From positions 864,001-928,000 of the forward strand of contig CAVRQT010000003.1 in assembly GCA_963723515.1 (NCBI GenBank): a DNA stretch of 64,000 nt. Direction: 5' to 3'. Origin of the DNA: Vulcanimicrobiota bacterium. GTDB taxonomy: Bacteria; Vulcanimicrobiota; Vulcanimicrobiia; Vulcanimicrobiales; Vulcanimicrobiaceae. The notes below the pieces were generated by a model. The model saw nothing but the letters and a program-made list of their open reading frames with translations, was not told the DNA's origin and searched no databases. This document shows positions 9,295 through 18,807 of this stretch, in pieces. Made by a program: the position numbers and the translations under genes. How positions within the stretch are numbered: position 1 is the stretch's first letter; the number at the start of each line of letters is the position of its first letter.

Positions 9295-9366
9295 TGACTC
9301 GGGTAGGATTTGAACCTACGACCTAGGGCTTATGAGTCCCCCGCTCTACCGCTGAGCTACCGAGCC
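9295..9366 (-). tRNA. tRNA with CAT anticodon (probably elongator Met; Ile2 not excluded)
   Basis: GGCTCGG acceptor with paired 1-72 (so not fMet), CTCATAA loop. Confidence 0.9.
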
Positions 9367-9409
9367 ACCATTTCACGGTTCGACGCGCGACCGGCGTCGA
9401 ACCCGCCGG

Positions 9410-9532
9410 TTAGCGGAGCGACCTAATGTACGTTATAACCGCTTGCGCATCCGGCGGTTTCATTCGGAACTGCGGCATCAGTAGTTCGGTGCCGTCCTTT
9501 CGGATCGACAACGCGACGATGTTTGATGCAAT
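9410..9532 (-). pseudogene. C-terminal remnant of a cytochrome c-like gene
   Basis: Translates to IASNIVALSIRKDGTELLMPQFRMKPPDAQAVITYIRSLR*; no CxxCH; abuts the tRNA-Arg 3' end. Confidence 0.5.
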
Positions 9533-9534
9533 CG

Positions 9535-9608
9535 CGCGGTCGGAGGGACTCGAACCCCCAACCTACAAGTTCGTAGCCTGTTGCTCTATCCAATTGAGCT
9601 ACGACCGC
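9535..9608 (-). tRNA. tRNA-Arg(ACG)
   Basis: GCGGTCG acceptor, ACAGG-CTACGAA-CTTGT anticodon arm. Confidence 0.95.
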
Positions 9609-9623
9609 GTATTGTATCTGCTT

Positions 9624-9713
9624 CGGAGAGGGAGGGATTCGAACCCTCGATACGCTTTTACAACGTATGACGGTTTAGCAAACCGCTGCCTTCAGCCGCT
9701 CGGCCACCTCTCC
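9624..9713 (-). tRNA. tRNA-Ser(GCT)
   Basis: GGAGAGG acceptor, GCGGT-TTGCTAA-ACCGT anticodon arm, long variable arm. Confidence 0.95.
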
Positions 9714-9732
9714 ATGCAGCTCGACCTTTGAA

Positions 9733-10215
9733 CTACGCCGCCGCAGCTCTCCTTCTCGGCCGGAACAACACCGTGTCGAGCGCCCAACGTGCATCCGTCG
9801 GTAGAACAACGTTGAAGAAGCTAATAACGATCGCGACAAAATCCAAACTGCCGTAGCCGTCGGATGCTCCGAATGCGCCTTTTGCGAGCATGTAGTTCAG
9901 GCCCAAGAACATGCCGCCCAGACCGCCGATTCGCGGCAGCAATCCGAGCACGAGCGATATTCCCACGAGCAACTCACCGGCGCGCACAAGTTGCGCAAAG
10001 GTTGCGATGTTCGGCATCACCGTATTTGCAAGAAAGTCGTGGTAAAAACCGGTCGTGCTGCCAATCGATTTTTGAATCATCATCGGCATGAAGCCGCTGG
10101 GCGGTAAGAATGAGTCCGGGCTCGTGAACTTCGGCACCGCGTGAATCAACCAAAAGGCGCCCGTATAGATTCGGAAGATTGCCAACCAGCGAGCGTAGGT
10201 CTCAGAGGACAGCAT
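9733..10215 (-). CDS. DoxX / TQO small subunit (DoxD)-like membrane protein
   Basis: RI..G..W.....K, GELLVGISLVLG, W.LD motif; four hydrophobic segments. Confidence 0.8.
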   Translation of the reverse strand: MLSSETYARWLAIFRIYTGAFWLIHAVPKFTSPDSFLPPSGFMPMMIQKSIGSTTGFYHDFLANTVMPNIATFAQLVRAGELLVGISLVLGLLPRIGGLGGMFLGLNYMLAKGAFGASDGYGSLDFVAIVISFFNVVLPTDARWALDTVLFRPRRRAAAA

Positions 10216-11353
10216 GCAGTCTCCTTTCGCTTGGATGCTCGGCGATTTGGGACACTAAAGTGGCGATATCTCGCGCGGCGTGCGGCTTAGCGATCAGTGC
10301 TCCAGCATCTCGCATTCGAGTTCGCGTCGCCGGCGAACCCAAGAGCTGCGTGACGATTCGCGTGAGTTCCCGTCGATTCTTCGACCGTAAGGCGGCATTT
10401 CGCTCCACGAGATAACGGGTGTTTCGCTCTTCCTGACCCGGCAGTGGCTTAACAAGAACCATCGGGATGCCGGCGACCAGCGCCTCGGCGGACGTCAGTC
10501 CACCCGGCTTGCTCAAAAGCACATCGGCGGCATGCATATACTCGTACACATTGTCAACGAAGCTCACGACGCGCAACGGGTAATTCACACGTTGCGCCGC
10601 TTCAAGGACGCGTTGCTGCAGTCTCGCATTGCGGCCGACGATCGCGACAGCCGCAAGCGGCACGTCGACCTCTTCGAGCGAGTGCATCATCATCTCGAGC
10701 GGGCCGATTCCAAGTCCGCCGCTCATCATCAAGATGGCACAGCGATCCAGCGGCAGGCCCAACTTCTGACGCAACGCATCGCGATCGGACGACCGCTCGG
10801 CAAAGGCCGACGCGACCGGAATGCCGGCCACAATGACCCGTTCCTTTGGAATGCCGCGCGCTACGAGCGAGCTGCGCATCTCCGGGGTGGCGACGGCATA
10901 CGCGTCGATATTACGATGGATCCAAAATGAGTGCACGACGAAGTCCGTGACGACGCCGAGGACCGGCGGCGCATCGGCGAACTGTTTCTTGTACTCCGAC
11001 ATCACGCCGCATGGAAAGGCATGCGTGCAGACGACGGCATCCGGCCGGATGCGCTCAAAAAGCCCGCGCAAGTTCGCGGCGGTGAATTGGTGCACCCAGG
11101 CGCGAAAAGGACCGATTTGCGTCGCTTTTTCGGCCCGCGAATACAAAAAACGGTACATCTGCGGGATCGTCTTGACCATACCGATGTAACCGTCCGACAC
11201 GACGCGCGAGACGATCGAGGCCGCATACTTGTACGCATTAACCGTCTGAGAGGTCGTTGCGGGGTCCCGCTCGTGCAGCGCATCTTGAACGGCTTGAGCT
11301 GCCGCCGTGTGGCCGGCGCCGACATTAACGGATAAGAGCAGAACGCGAACTAC
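10202..11353 (-). CDS. UgtP/MGDG-synthase-like GT28 glycosyltransferase
   Basis: GAGH..AA N-terminal motif (in frame, upstream of the first canonical start), VCTH, VVTDF, GGLG, KPGGLTSAEA, PGQEE.N. Confidence 0.88.
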   Translation of the reverse strand, partial: VVRVLLLSVNVGAGHTAAAQAVQDALHERDPATTSQTVNAYKYAASIVSRVVSDGYIGMVKTIPQMYRFLYSRAEKATQIGPFRAWVHQFTAANLRGLFERIRPDAVVCTHAFPCGVMSEYKKQFADAPPVLGVVTDFVVHSFWIHRNIDAYAVATPEMRSSLVARGIPKERVIVAGIPVASAFAERSSDRDALRQKLGLPLDRCAILMMSGGLGIGPLEMMMHSLEEVDVPLAAVAIVGRNARLQQRVLEAAQRVNYPLRVVSFVDNVYEYMHAADVLLSKPGGLTSAEALVAGIPMVLVKPLPGQEERNTRYLVERNAALRSKNRRELTRIVTQLLGSPATRTRMRDAGALIAKPHAARDIATLVSQIAEHPSERRLHAVL

Positions 11354-11634
11354 TCGGTCCTCTGGGGAGGCGCTGCTTCTTCTGCGAAGTCTTTGAAGTC
11401 CGCTATGATTTCTTCGACGAGCTCCGGATCGGTAGCGAGCGCGCCAAAGGCATCCGTCACTATGAGCTCGCTCTTTTCGTCACAGCAGCACACCGCATAT
11501 TTATGACCTTCATCGTCTTCGAAAAGCGCTAGAACTTCGAACGTTCGCTCTTGCTCGTCATGCGTACCGATCAGCAGCTTATCCCCTAACTGCAGGGGTG
11601 TCTCTCGCGGCGATTCGCCGTTATCAGATGCCAT
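11350..11634 (-). CDS. DUF1292-like acidic protein
   Basis: E..FEVL..FE.....YA pattern; ruvX/mltG neighbourhood. Confidence 0.65.
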   Translation of the reverse strand: MASDNGESPRETPLQLGDKLLIGTHDEQERTFEVLALFEDDEGHKYAVCCCDEKSELIVTDAFGALATDPELVEEIIADFKDFAEEAAPPQRTE

Positions 11635-11642
11635 CAGATTTC

Positions 11643-12652
11643 CTATTTCAGATAACGCGCCTTATTCGCGTTATGCTCGGCAAGCGTTCGCGCAAACGCA
11701 TGGTGACCGTTGCCTTTGTAGACGTAATACAAAAACTCCGAAGCTTGCGGATGGAAGGCCGCCCACAGCGAAGGCTGCCCCGGATTGGCGATCGGCGTCG
11801 GCGGCAAGCCGGCGTGTTTATACGTATTATACGGTGAATCGACCGCGAGATCTGCATAGGTGATTTCAGTCTTGTGTTCCGGAAACGTGTATTCGATTGT
11901 AGCGTCCACTTCGAGCGGCATACCCAAACGGAGCCGATTGTAATAGACTCCCGCCATGAGCGCGCGTTCATCATTTGCTTTCGCCTCGCGTTCGATTAAC
12001 GAAGCGAGCGTGACGATCTGCGGTATCGTCATGTGTCGCGCCCGGGCCACAGCGACCGCATCTTTGGGCAGCTCCTGCCGAAACTGGCTCGTAAAGATCG
12101 CTTCAACCGCTTGCGGCGATGCGCTGGTCGGAACCAGATAAGTGCTTGGAAAGAGATAACCCTCCATGGATCTGGTTCGAACGCCACCGAGCGTGATCGA
12201 ATCGTGCGCAAACGCATCCGCGAAGTCCGAAGACTGACCAATACCGGCCTCTTGCAGTCGCTCGGCAATCTGACGCGCCGTAAACCCCTCCGGAATGGCA
12301 ACCCAAATCGCAATTTGCGCCCCACCGGTTCTCAGTTGCTGCAGAACGTCGCTCGCGTTCTGATGCGGTTAAAGCGGTACTCGCCGGCACGAACGTCACT
12401 TTCAGCATGACGAAGACGCGCTAAGATGCGAAACGCCAGCAAATGGTCGATGACGCCTTCACTCTTGAGCTGCGATGCAATCTGAGAAAACGTCGCGCCC
12501 CGCGGTATGATCACGTGCGTCGTCTGTCTGGGTAAGGCCCGATCGCCGTAGATGTCGTAGCGAAACCAAAGCCCGGCAATGGCAACAATCAGGCCCGCTC
12601 CCACGACGCACCCGATGAAAATGACGGCAAGTGCGCGGCGTACATCTCTCAC
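11643..12652 (-). CDS. mltG: endolytic transglycosylase (frameshifted in this assembly)
   Basis: N-terminal TM and IPRG...IA..L...GVI in 12332-12652; EGYLFP.TY, ASLIERE, YNTY...GLPPTPIANPG in 11643-12167. Confidence 0.9.
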
Positions 12653-13072
12653 CGTCGCACCCCGCGCCGACGGCTCAGGAACGTCTCCAAAATTAAGGTC
12701 GCAGCAATTTTATCGACAAGCTTTTTTCGCTTTGCACGCGAGACGTCCGCGTCGATCAGCGTGCGCTGTCGCCTGCGCCGTCGTCAACCGCTCGTCAACA
12801 CGGTGGATTCGACCGGTAAACTGGCGCTGCAATTTTACGATGAACTGATCGACGGCATCCGAGGCCGCCGCTCGTTCGCCTGAGAGACGTACCGGATCGC
12901 CGACGACCAATTCGCTCGCCTCATGTTCTCTGGCGAGCGCGACGATGCGATCGATGTCGGCGCGCAGATTCGTGCGCACGATCACCTGCAGCGGCAACGC
13001 AAAGGATTCTGAGGGATCCGAGAGCGCGACACCGATCCGCTTTGTCCCCAGGTCGAGCGCCAGTACCGTCAT
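12649..13072 (-). CDS. ruvX: YqgF/RuvX pre-16S rRNA nuclease (frameshift near 12770)
   Basis: LALDLGTKRIGVA.SD, VDERLTT; the alternative frame gives VDKIAATLILETFL. Confidence 0.9.
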
Positions 13073-13824
13073 GAGGCCGGGCGCACGAATTCGCTCGTGT
13101 GCGTGCCGGCTTTTGGACGGCGGCCGAGATGGTAGGCAACAAGCGCGTCGATTGCTCGCGCGACCTGCGGGCGTCCGATCAACGTCGCTCGGCGCGCCGA
13201 ATCCTTGGCCGCGGCGAGCGCTTGGAAATTGCGCACATCATCCGCGTCGAGCTCGAGTACGTTCATCCATGCCGCGCGGCACTCCATGCCGGCCAAGCCG
13301 CCTGAGTCGGTATCGAGCCACGCCGGTTCGTCCTTCAACGATGCGCCGCAGCGTACGCATTGTTCGGTCGGCGGAGCGAGGCCCAATGCGTCGAGCAAGC
13401 GCAGTTCGAAACGCGGCAGAAGCATCAGCGAATCAGCGGAGGTGCGCACCGCGCGCAACGCCAGATGCAGCAAATTGAAGATTTCCGGAACCGCAAGATC
13501 GGGCTCGCAGAAGGCGTCGATGAGTTCTCCCATGACGCTGGTCGCAACGAACGCCGCCGGCTGCACGACCGCATCGAAATATGAACGCTCGATTTGCGCA
13601 CCTGTGATCACGTCAAGGTTCCGCCCCCGGTGCAGCGTCAGCGCGACTTCATTCATAAACTCTAGCCGTCCGCCCAGCGAGCTTCGCGCCCGGCGAACGC
13701 CTTTGGCAACCGCTTGCACCTTACCGTGCTCGCGCGTAAAAAGCGTGTAGATTTTATCGGCTTCGCCCAGATTGCGCGCACGAAGGACGATCGCCGTCGC
13801 CTTATAGGTGCGAGGCGCGCTCAG
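13069..13824 (-). CDS. recO: DNA repair protein RecO
   Basis: AIVLR...LGEADKI.TLFT...GK..AVAKGVRR; CxxC. Start is either CTG at 13824 or TTG at 13890. Confidence 0.92.
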   Translation of the reverse strand: MSAPRTYKATAIVLRARNLGEADKIYTLFTREHGKVQAVAKGVRRARSSLGGRLEFMNEVALTLHRGRNLDVITGAQIERSYFDAVVQPAAFVATSVMGELIDAFCEPDLAVPEIFNLLHLALRAVRTSADSLMLLPRFELRLLDALGLAPPTEQCVRCGASLKDEPAWLDTDSGGLAGMECRAAWMNVLELDADDVRNFQALAAAKDSARRATLIGRPQVARAIDALVAYHLGRRPKAGTHTSEFVRPAS

Positions 13825-15143
13825 TGAGCCTGCCCTGTGCTCTCCCGCGTTCCTGAATCTTGCGGGGCCACGCCGGGCACGCCGTTGCAATAGACCCGCA
13901 CGGTCATGATGCGCTTGCCTCGTGTGCGATCGACTTTGAGACGCGCGCTGCCATCCTCGCTGACGATCTCCTCGCCTTCCTGCGGTAAGCGGCCAAAGCG
14001 CCCGACCGTGTAGCCGCCGATCGTTTCAAACTCTTCGTGCGGCAAATGCGTGCCGAGCTGCGCGTTGACGTCTTCGATGTTGACCGCTGCATCGATGACC
14101 GCTTCGTTTTCCTTGACGATGCGGATCGGCTCTTCTTCGCCTTCGTCGTGCTCGTCGCGGATCTCGCCGACGATTTCCTCAAGCAAATCTTCCATCGTCA
14201 CTAGGCCTGCCGTACCGCCGTATTCGTCCACGACAATCGCCATCGAAAATTTGTCGCGTTGCATCTCGCGCAGGAGTTCTGCGATCTTCTTGTTTTCAGG
14301 CACATGTGTCACCGGGCGCATGAGCTCACGCAACGGCATCGACGAAAGCGTCCCGTTTGCGAGGCTAATCAGCAACTCGCGATCGTGGACGACGCCGACG
14401 ATGTCATCTTTCGTATTCTCAAAGACCGGAATCTTCGCGTAGCCTTCCGCGATCACAAGATCGAGCGCGCGGCGCGGTGAGTCGTTGATCTCAACCGCGA
14501 CGACATCTTGGCGATGTGTCATCACTTCACGCACGATTGTATCGCCGAACTCGATCACCGAATGGATCATCTGGCGCTCTTGTTCTTCCAGCACCTTCTG
14601 CTCCGCGCCGACGTTGACGAGCGCGCGGATATCTTCTTCTGTTATGAAGATCTGCCGCGAATGCGGCATGCCGAACGGCCGGAGCAACAGATCCGTAACA
14701 AACAAGAAACTCTGCACGACCGGAGTGAGCAGCCAGCAGACCCATAACATTGCGGGCGCTAAACGGAGCGCCCAGCGATCACTGTCCGAGACCGCAACCG
14801 TCTTCGGAATGATTTCGCCGAAGAGCAGAAAGACGATTGCCATGATGATGGTTGAGATCACAGCTGCGGACGGCACACCGGCTCGAATGAAGAGGTACGT
14901 TGAAAGCGAGTCGGCGGCGAGCAGCACGATTGTGTTACCGACGAGGATCGTCGTCAGCGACCGATTGCGATCTTCCTGGAGCTTGACGACGGCGTGGGCG
15001 CGGCGCAAGCCACGGTCCACCATTCCCTTTGCCCGCACGCGCGAGAGGGAGACGAGCGCGGCTTCAGACGCCGCGAAAAATGCTGCCCCAATAATGAAAA
15101 GCACCAGGATCAACACCTGGAGCCAGAGGACCGCGGGGCTCAT
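13821..15143 (-). CDS. HlyC/CorC (DUF21-CBS-CorC) hemolysin-family membrane protein
   Basis: FFAASEAA, FGEIIPK, VREVM, VVDEYGGTAGLVTMEDLLEEIVGEI.DE.D. Confidence 0.93.
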   Translation of the reverse strand: MSPAVLWLQVLILVLFIIGAAFFAASEAALVSLSRVRAKGMVDRGLRRAHAVVKLQEDRNRSLTTILVGNTIVLLAADSLSTYLFIRAGVPSAAVISTIIMAIVFLLFGEIIPKTVAVSDSDRWALRLAPAMLWVCWLLTPVVQSFLFVTDLLLRPFGMPHSRQIFITEEDIRALVNVGAEQKVLEEQERQMIHSVIEFGDTIVREVMTHRQDVVAVEINDSPRRALDLVIAEGYAKIPVFENTKDDIVGVVHDRELLISLANGTLSSMPLRELMRPVTHVPENKKIAELLREMQRDKFSMAIVVDEYGGTAGLVTMEDLLEEIVGEIRDEHDEGEEEPIRIVKENEAVIDAAVNIEDVNAQLGTHLPHEEFETIGGYTVGRFGRLPQEGEEIVSEDGSARLKVDRTRGKRIMTVRVYCNGVPGVAPQDSGTRESTGQAH

Positions 15144-15205
15144 GGGCGCGGCGACCGCAGAACCGAAGGTAGGGGGTCGGGGTCGTCGTTCATCAATGCG
15201 GGGCC

Positions 15206-15214
15206 ATTATAGCA
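15206..15214 (-). promoter_or_regulatory. candidate extended -10 promoter TGCTATAAT upstream of the HlyC gene
   Basis: Perfect TGnTATAAT on the minus strand, overlapping the DgkA-PAP2 stop codon. Confidence 0.45.
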
Positions 15215-15990
15215 CATGGGGCCGGACGACCATGTAAATCGCCAACGTAACCGCGGTGCCAAGAATCGCGCCCCAAGTGACCTCGGCGACGTTGTGGATT
15301 TGGGCCTCGACGCGACTTTGCGCAACGAGCGCCGCGAGCCCGAAGGCCAGCAGCGCGACGAGCGGGCGCTGGTAGTATCAGCGAGAGGATCGTCGCGGCG
15401 CAGAAGGCGAGCGCGGTGTGACCTGAGACAGCGCCTCCTTGTAAAGCTGAACCGCGCCCGACAAGCGCTTTTGCAATGATCGTTCCGATCACGACGACCG
15501 CGACGATCACGAACACGGTATTTGAGGGCACCTGCGCGAGCGCCGCATAGACGCGTGCGCCGCTGCGGAAAATCCCCTCGTAAAACGCCAAGTAGCCGAC
15601 CACAACCGCGGCCATCGTCGCGAGCAACACGGCGCCGGCAGCCGCATCTTTGGCGGTCTTCGCAAGCGGATGGTGAGCGACCGTCAACAGATCCACGATC
15701 GCTTCAACAGCCGTGTTGACCAATTCGAGCGCCAGCACCAGCGCGATCAGGATGACGATGCCGATCACATAACTGCGCTCGAGCCGCAATGCGAGCGTCG
15801 CAATCAAGACCCCGGCCGCGATGATCAAGTGGATGCGCATGTTCGGCTGCGTCTTGGCCGCGTAGATGATGCCCGAAAACGCGTGGTGGAAGCTGCTCCA
15901 GAACTTGCTTTCCGTGATGCGCTTGTAGCCCGGTCCATGCGCTTCGTGCGCGTGCGTATGGTGTTCGGGCGGCGGATGTTGTTGCAACAT
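15207..15990 (-). CDS. dgkA: diacylglycerol/undecaprenol kinase fused to a PAP2-like phosphatase domain (frameshift near 15375)
   Basis: SF..AF.G, ELVNTAVE..VD, AKDAAAGAV; then SGH and, in the shifted frame, SRVEAQIH. Confidence 0.85.
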
Positions 15991-16440
15991 TATCTTGCGT
16001 AGGGCCACGGCATGCCGATCGCCTTAGCGATGCGCCGTTCTTCTGCTTTCATTCTTTTTCGCTCATCTGCTCGCTGATGGTCGTGACCAACGACGTGCAG
16101 CACGCCATGCACCAGCAGACGATGGATCTCCGCTTCGAGCGACGCATCATAATCCGCTGCTTGTCTGCGCGCCGTATCAACGCTGATCACGACGTCTCCA
16201 AGAAACCGCTCGGGACCTGCGGGATCGCCAGCATCGGCGAGCGGAAAGCTCAAGACGTCCGTCGGCCCCTCTTTGCCACGATGAACGCAGATTGAGTTCG
16301 CGCATCTCGTCATCGCCCACGAGTGATAACCCCAGCGCCGCATCGTGCTCACCTATGGACTTTAGGATTGCGCGAGCCGTGCGCTTGAGAGCGTTTGCGT
16401 CGATGCCGCTGCGTCGCACCCGGTTACGATAATGAATCAT
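15990..16440 (-). CDS. ybeY: rRNA maturation RNase YbeY (frameshifted)
   Basis: PTDVLSF, LGDVVIS, HGVLHVVGHDH; N-terminus in a second frame. Confidence 0.92.
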
Positions 16441-17429
16441 CCCGGAATCGGGTCGTGCTCCCGGCCGCTGTCACCCTGAGCTTGTCGAAGGGCACTATAC
16501 GCGCGGATGATTCGGCCGACCAGCGGATGCCGAACGCAATCCGTTTCGTTGAGATAGACGATCGCGACGTCCGGCACCATGGCGAAGAGCCGAGACACTT
16601 CTAAGAGGCCGGCGGTCGAGCCACGCGGCAAGTCGATCTGGGTGATGTCTCCGTTGACGACCATCTTCGACGCGTTGCCGAGCCGCGTGAGGAACATCTT
16701 CAACTGTTCGCGCGTCGCATTTTGCGCCTCGTCGAGAATCACAAAGGCGTCGGCAAGCGTTCGTCCACGCATGTACGCCAGCGGCGCAACTTCTATCACG
16801 CCGCGTTCGATGTACCGCGCGACGAGCGAATCATCGAGAATTTCGCCCAGCGCATCGTAGAGCGGGCGCAGATAGGGATCGACTTTCTCTTTGTAGTCGC
16901 CGGGAAGGAAACCAAGCTTTTCACCGGCTTCAACCGCGGGACGCGAAAGCACGACGCGCGCGACTTTACGGTCGCGAAGAGCGCGAACTGCCATCACGAC
17001 CGCCAAGAACGTCTTGCCCGTGCCGGCCGGCCCGATGCCGAAGGTCAAAGCGTGAGAATCGATCGCGTGCACGAAGGCGCGTTGCCCGCGCGTCTTCGGA
17101 CGAATCTCCCTGCCGCGATGCGCGACGAAGAGCGTTTCGGGAATGCCGTCCTCTTGCGGCTCGAGCGCGTCGGCCGCCGCTAGCGCGACATCGTCCGGCG
17201 TCAGCGTGGCGCCGTTAAGCGCCGCATCGAGCATGCGTCGAAAGGCGCGTTGTGCGCGATCGACCGCCGCTTTCTCGCCATGGACGATGAGCGCGTTGCC
17301 TTCAACATGAATCGAAACCGGGAAGGCCGCTTCAAGCGCCGAGATGTTCTGATCGAATTGTCCAAAGAGCCTCACGGGATCGTGCAACCCGTCGAGGTCG
17401 ATTTTTCGTTCTGTTACCGCTTCTGCCAG
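16437..17429 (-). CDS. phoH: PhoH-family ATPase
   Basis: GPAGTGKT, RPAVEAGEKLGFLPGD, AYMRGRT, DEAQN. Likely CTG start at 17429 after a GGAG Shine-Dalgarno. Confidence 0.93.
   Translation of the reverse strand: MAEAVTERKIDLDGLHDPVRLFGQFDQNISALEAAFPVSIHVEGNALIVHGEKAAVDRAQRAFRRMLDAALNGATLTPDDVALAAADALEPQEDGIPETLFVAHRGREIRPKTRGQRAFVHAIDSHALTFGIGPAGTGKTFLAVVMAVRALRDRKVARVVLSRPAVEAGEKLGFLPGDYKEKVDPYLRPLYDALGEILDDSLVARYIERGVIEVAPLAYMRGRTLADAFVILDEAQNATREQLKMFLTRLGNASKMVVNGDITQIDLPRGSTAGLLEVSRLFAMVPDVAIVYLNETDCVRHPLVGRIIRAYSALRQAQGDSGREHDPIPG
16469..16492. repeat. REP-like repeat inside the 3' end of phoH
   Basis: TGTCACCCTGAGCTTGTCGAAGGG. Confidence 0.8.
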
Positions 17430-17781
17430 TACGCGTTCTCCCGCAGTGCCAGCGGTCTATCCAGCACTTCTGCCGCGACGACCGCCCGCACTAAACTGTT
17501 CCCTCCTTCGAAGAGTCCATGCAGCGGTCCGCGTTCCTGACGGCGACCTTCGATGGGGGTGGGGGACGGGTGGTGGTGGAGGCGGGGCAGGCCGAGGCGG
17601 CGGAGCAGCTGGTTGCGCGGCGGCGGAGCGGCGATGGGACTTGCAAACGGCTGCGTCCCGGCGGCACGCGCGCGAAGTTCTTCTAAGATGCGGCGATAGC
17701 GGTCCGCATAGACTCAGAAGTTTGCGTTGCGTTGCGCCGTTGCGCGAGCGATCTGGCGGCAAGCTCGATTAATTCGTCCAA
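17414..17781 (-). CDS. Pro-rich floA-associated (YqfB-like) protein, frameshifted
   Basis: Starts MDELIELAARS, has a poly-Pro middle, ends ...LVRAVVAAEVLDRPLALR; pieces lie in different frames. Confidence 0.55.
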
Positions 17782-17784
17782 ATC

Positions 17785-18795
17785 TTATCTTTGCTGTTGT
17801 GGTGGTGGTTGCGGTGGCGGCTCGGGCGCCTTGTCAACCGTGTTGCCGATTGCGCCTCGCATCTCGGTATCCGCCTTGATATTGTTCAAACGGTAGTAAT
17901 CCATGACGCCGAGATTTCCGCTGCGAAACGCCCCCGCGATCGCAACGGGAATCGTTGCTTCGGCTTCCACGACTTTCGCGCGCATCGCCTGCGTCTGCGC
18001 CTTCTGCTCTTGTTCGGAAGCCTGCGCTGCGTACTGCCGTTCGGATGCTTTGGCCTGCGCGATGCGGCGATCGGCCTCCGCTTGCGAGGTCTGCAGCTCG
18101 GCGCCGATGTTTTTCCCGACGTCGACGTCGGCAATGTCAATGGAGACGATCTCAAAAGCCGTCCCGGCGTCTAAGCCTTTGGCAAGCACGGCCTTCGAAA
18201 TGCGATCGGGGTACTCCAGCACTTCTTTGTGATCGACTGCTGCGCCAACCGCAGAAACCACGCCTTCACCGACGCGCGCGATGATCGTCGGTTCACCGGC
18301 GCCGCCGACATACCGGTCGAGGTTGCTGCGCACGGTAATCCGCGCCTTGACGTTCAACTGAATGCCGTTTTGCGCAACGCCCTGAAAGGTCGGCGTTTCA
18401 ATGACCTTCGGATTGACCGAGGTTTGCAGCGCCTCTAAAACATTTCGTCCCGCCAAATCGATTGCCGCAGCGCGCTGCCACTCGAGTGGAATCTGCGCAC
18501 GTTGCGCCGCAATCATGGCGAGCGTCACGTTCTCCACGTTGCCGCCCGCGAGAAAGTGCGACTGCATCTGATCGACCGTCAGCGGCAAGCCGGCTTTGCG
18601 CGCACGAACGAGGTTGTTGACGATCACGCTCGGCGGAATGCCGATCAGTCGCATGCGGATCAAGGCGATGATCGAGAGCGGTACGCCGGCCGCCATCGTC
18701 CGAATCCACAATCCGATCGGAAAGTAGTAGAGGAACACGAAGAATAGGATGATCGCGACGAAGAAAATCACGATAGCGCCGAAGGTATAGACCAA
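17785..18795 (-). CDS. floA: flotillin-like protein FloA (YqfA)
   Basis: [67 protein letters not shown]. Confidence 0.95.
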   Translation of the reverse strand: MVYTFGAIVIFFVAIILFFVFLYYFPIGLWIRTMAAGVPLSIIALIRMRLIGIPPSVIVNNLVRARKAGLPLTVDQMQSHFLAGGNVENVTLAMIAAQRAQIPLEWQRAAAIDLAGRNVLEALQTSVNPKVIETPTFQGVAQNGIQLNVKARITVRSNLDRYVGGAGEPTIIARVGEGVVSAVGAAVDHKEVLEYPDRISKAVLAKGLDAGTAFEIVSIDIADVDVGKNIGAELQTSQAEADRRIAQAKASERQYAAQASEQEQKAQTQAMRAKVVEAEATIPVAIAGAFRSGNLGVMDYYRLNNIKADTEMRGAIGNTVDKAPEPPPQPPPQQQR

Positions 18796-18807
18796 ACTTC
18801 TTCTCCT

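Noticed and set aside
17555..17630. G-rich run as a G-quadruplex or repeat element
   Set aside because: Explained by poly-proline codons of the minus-strand gene.
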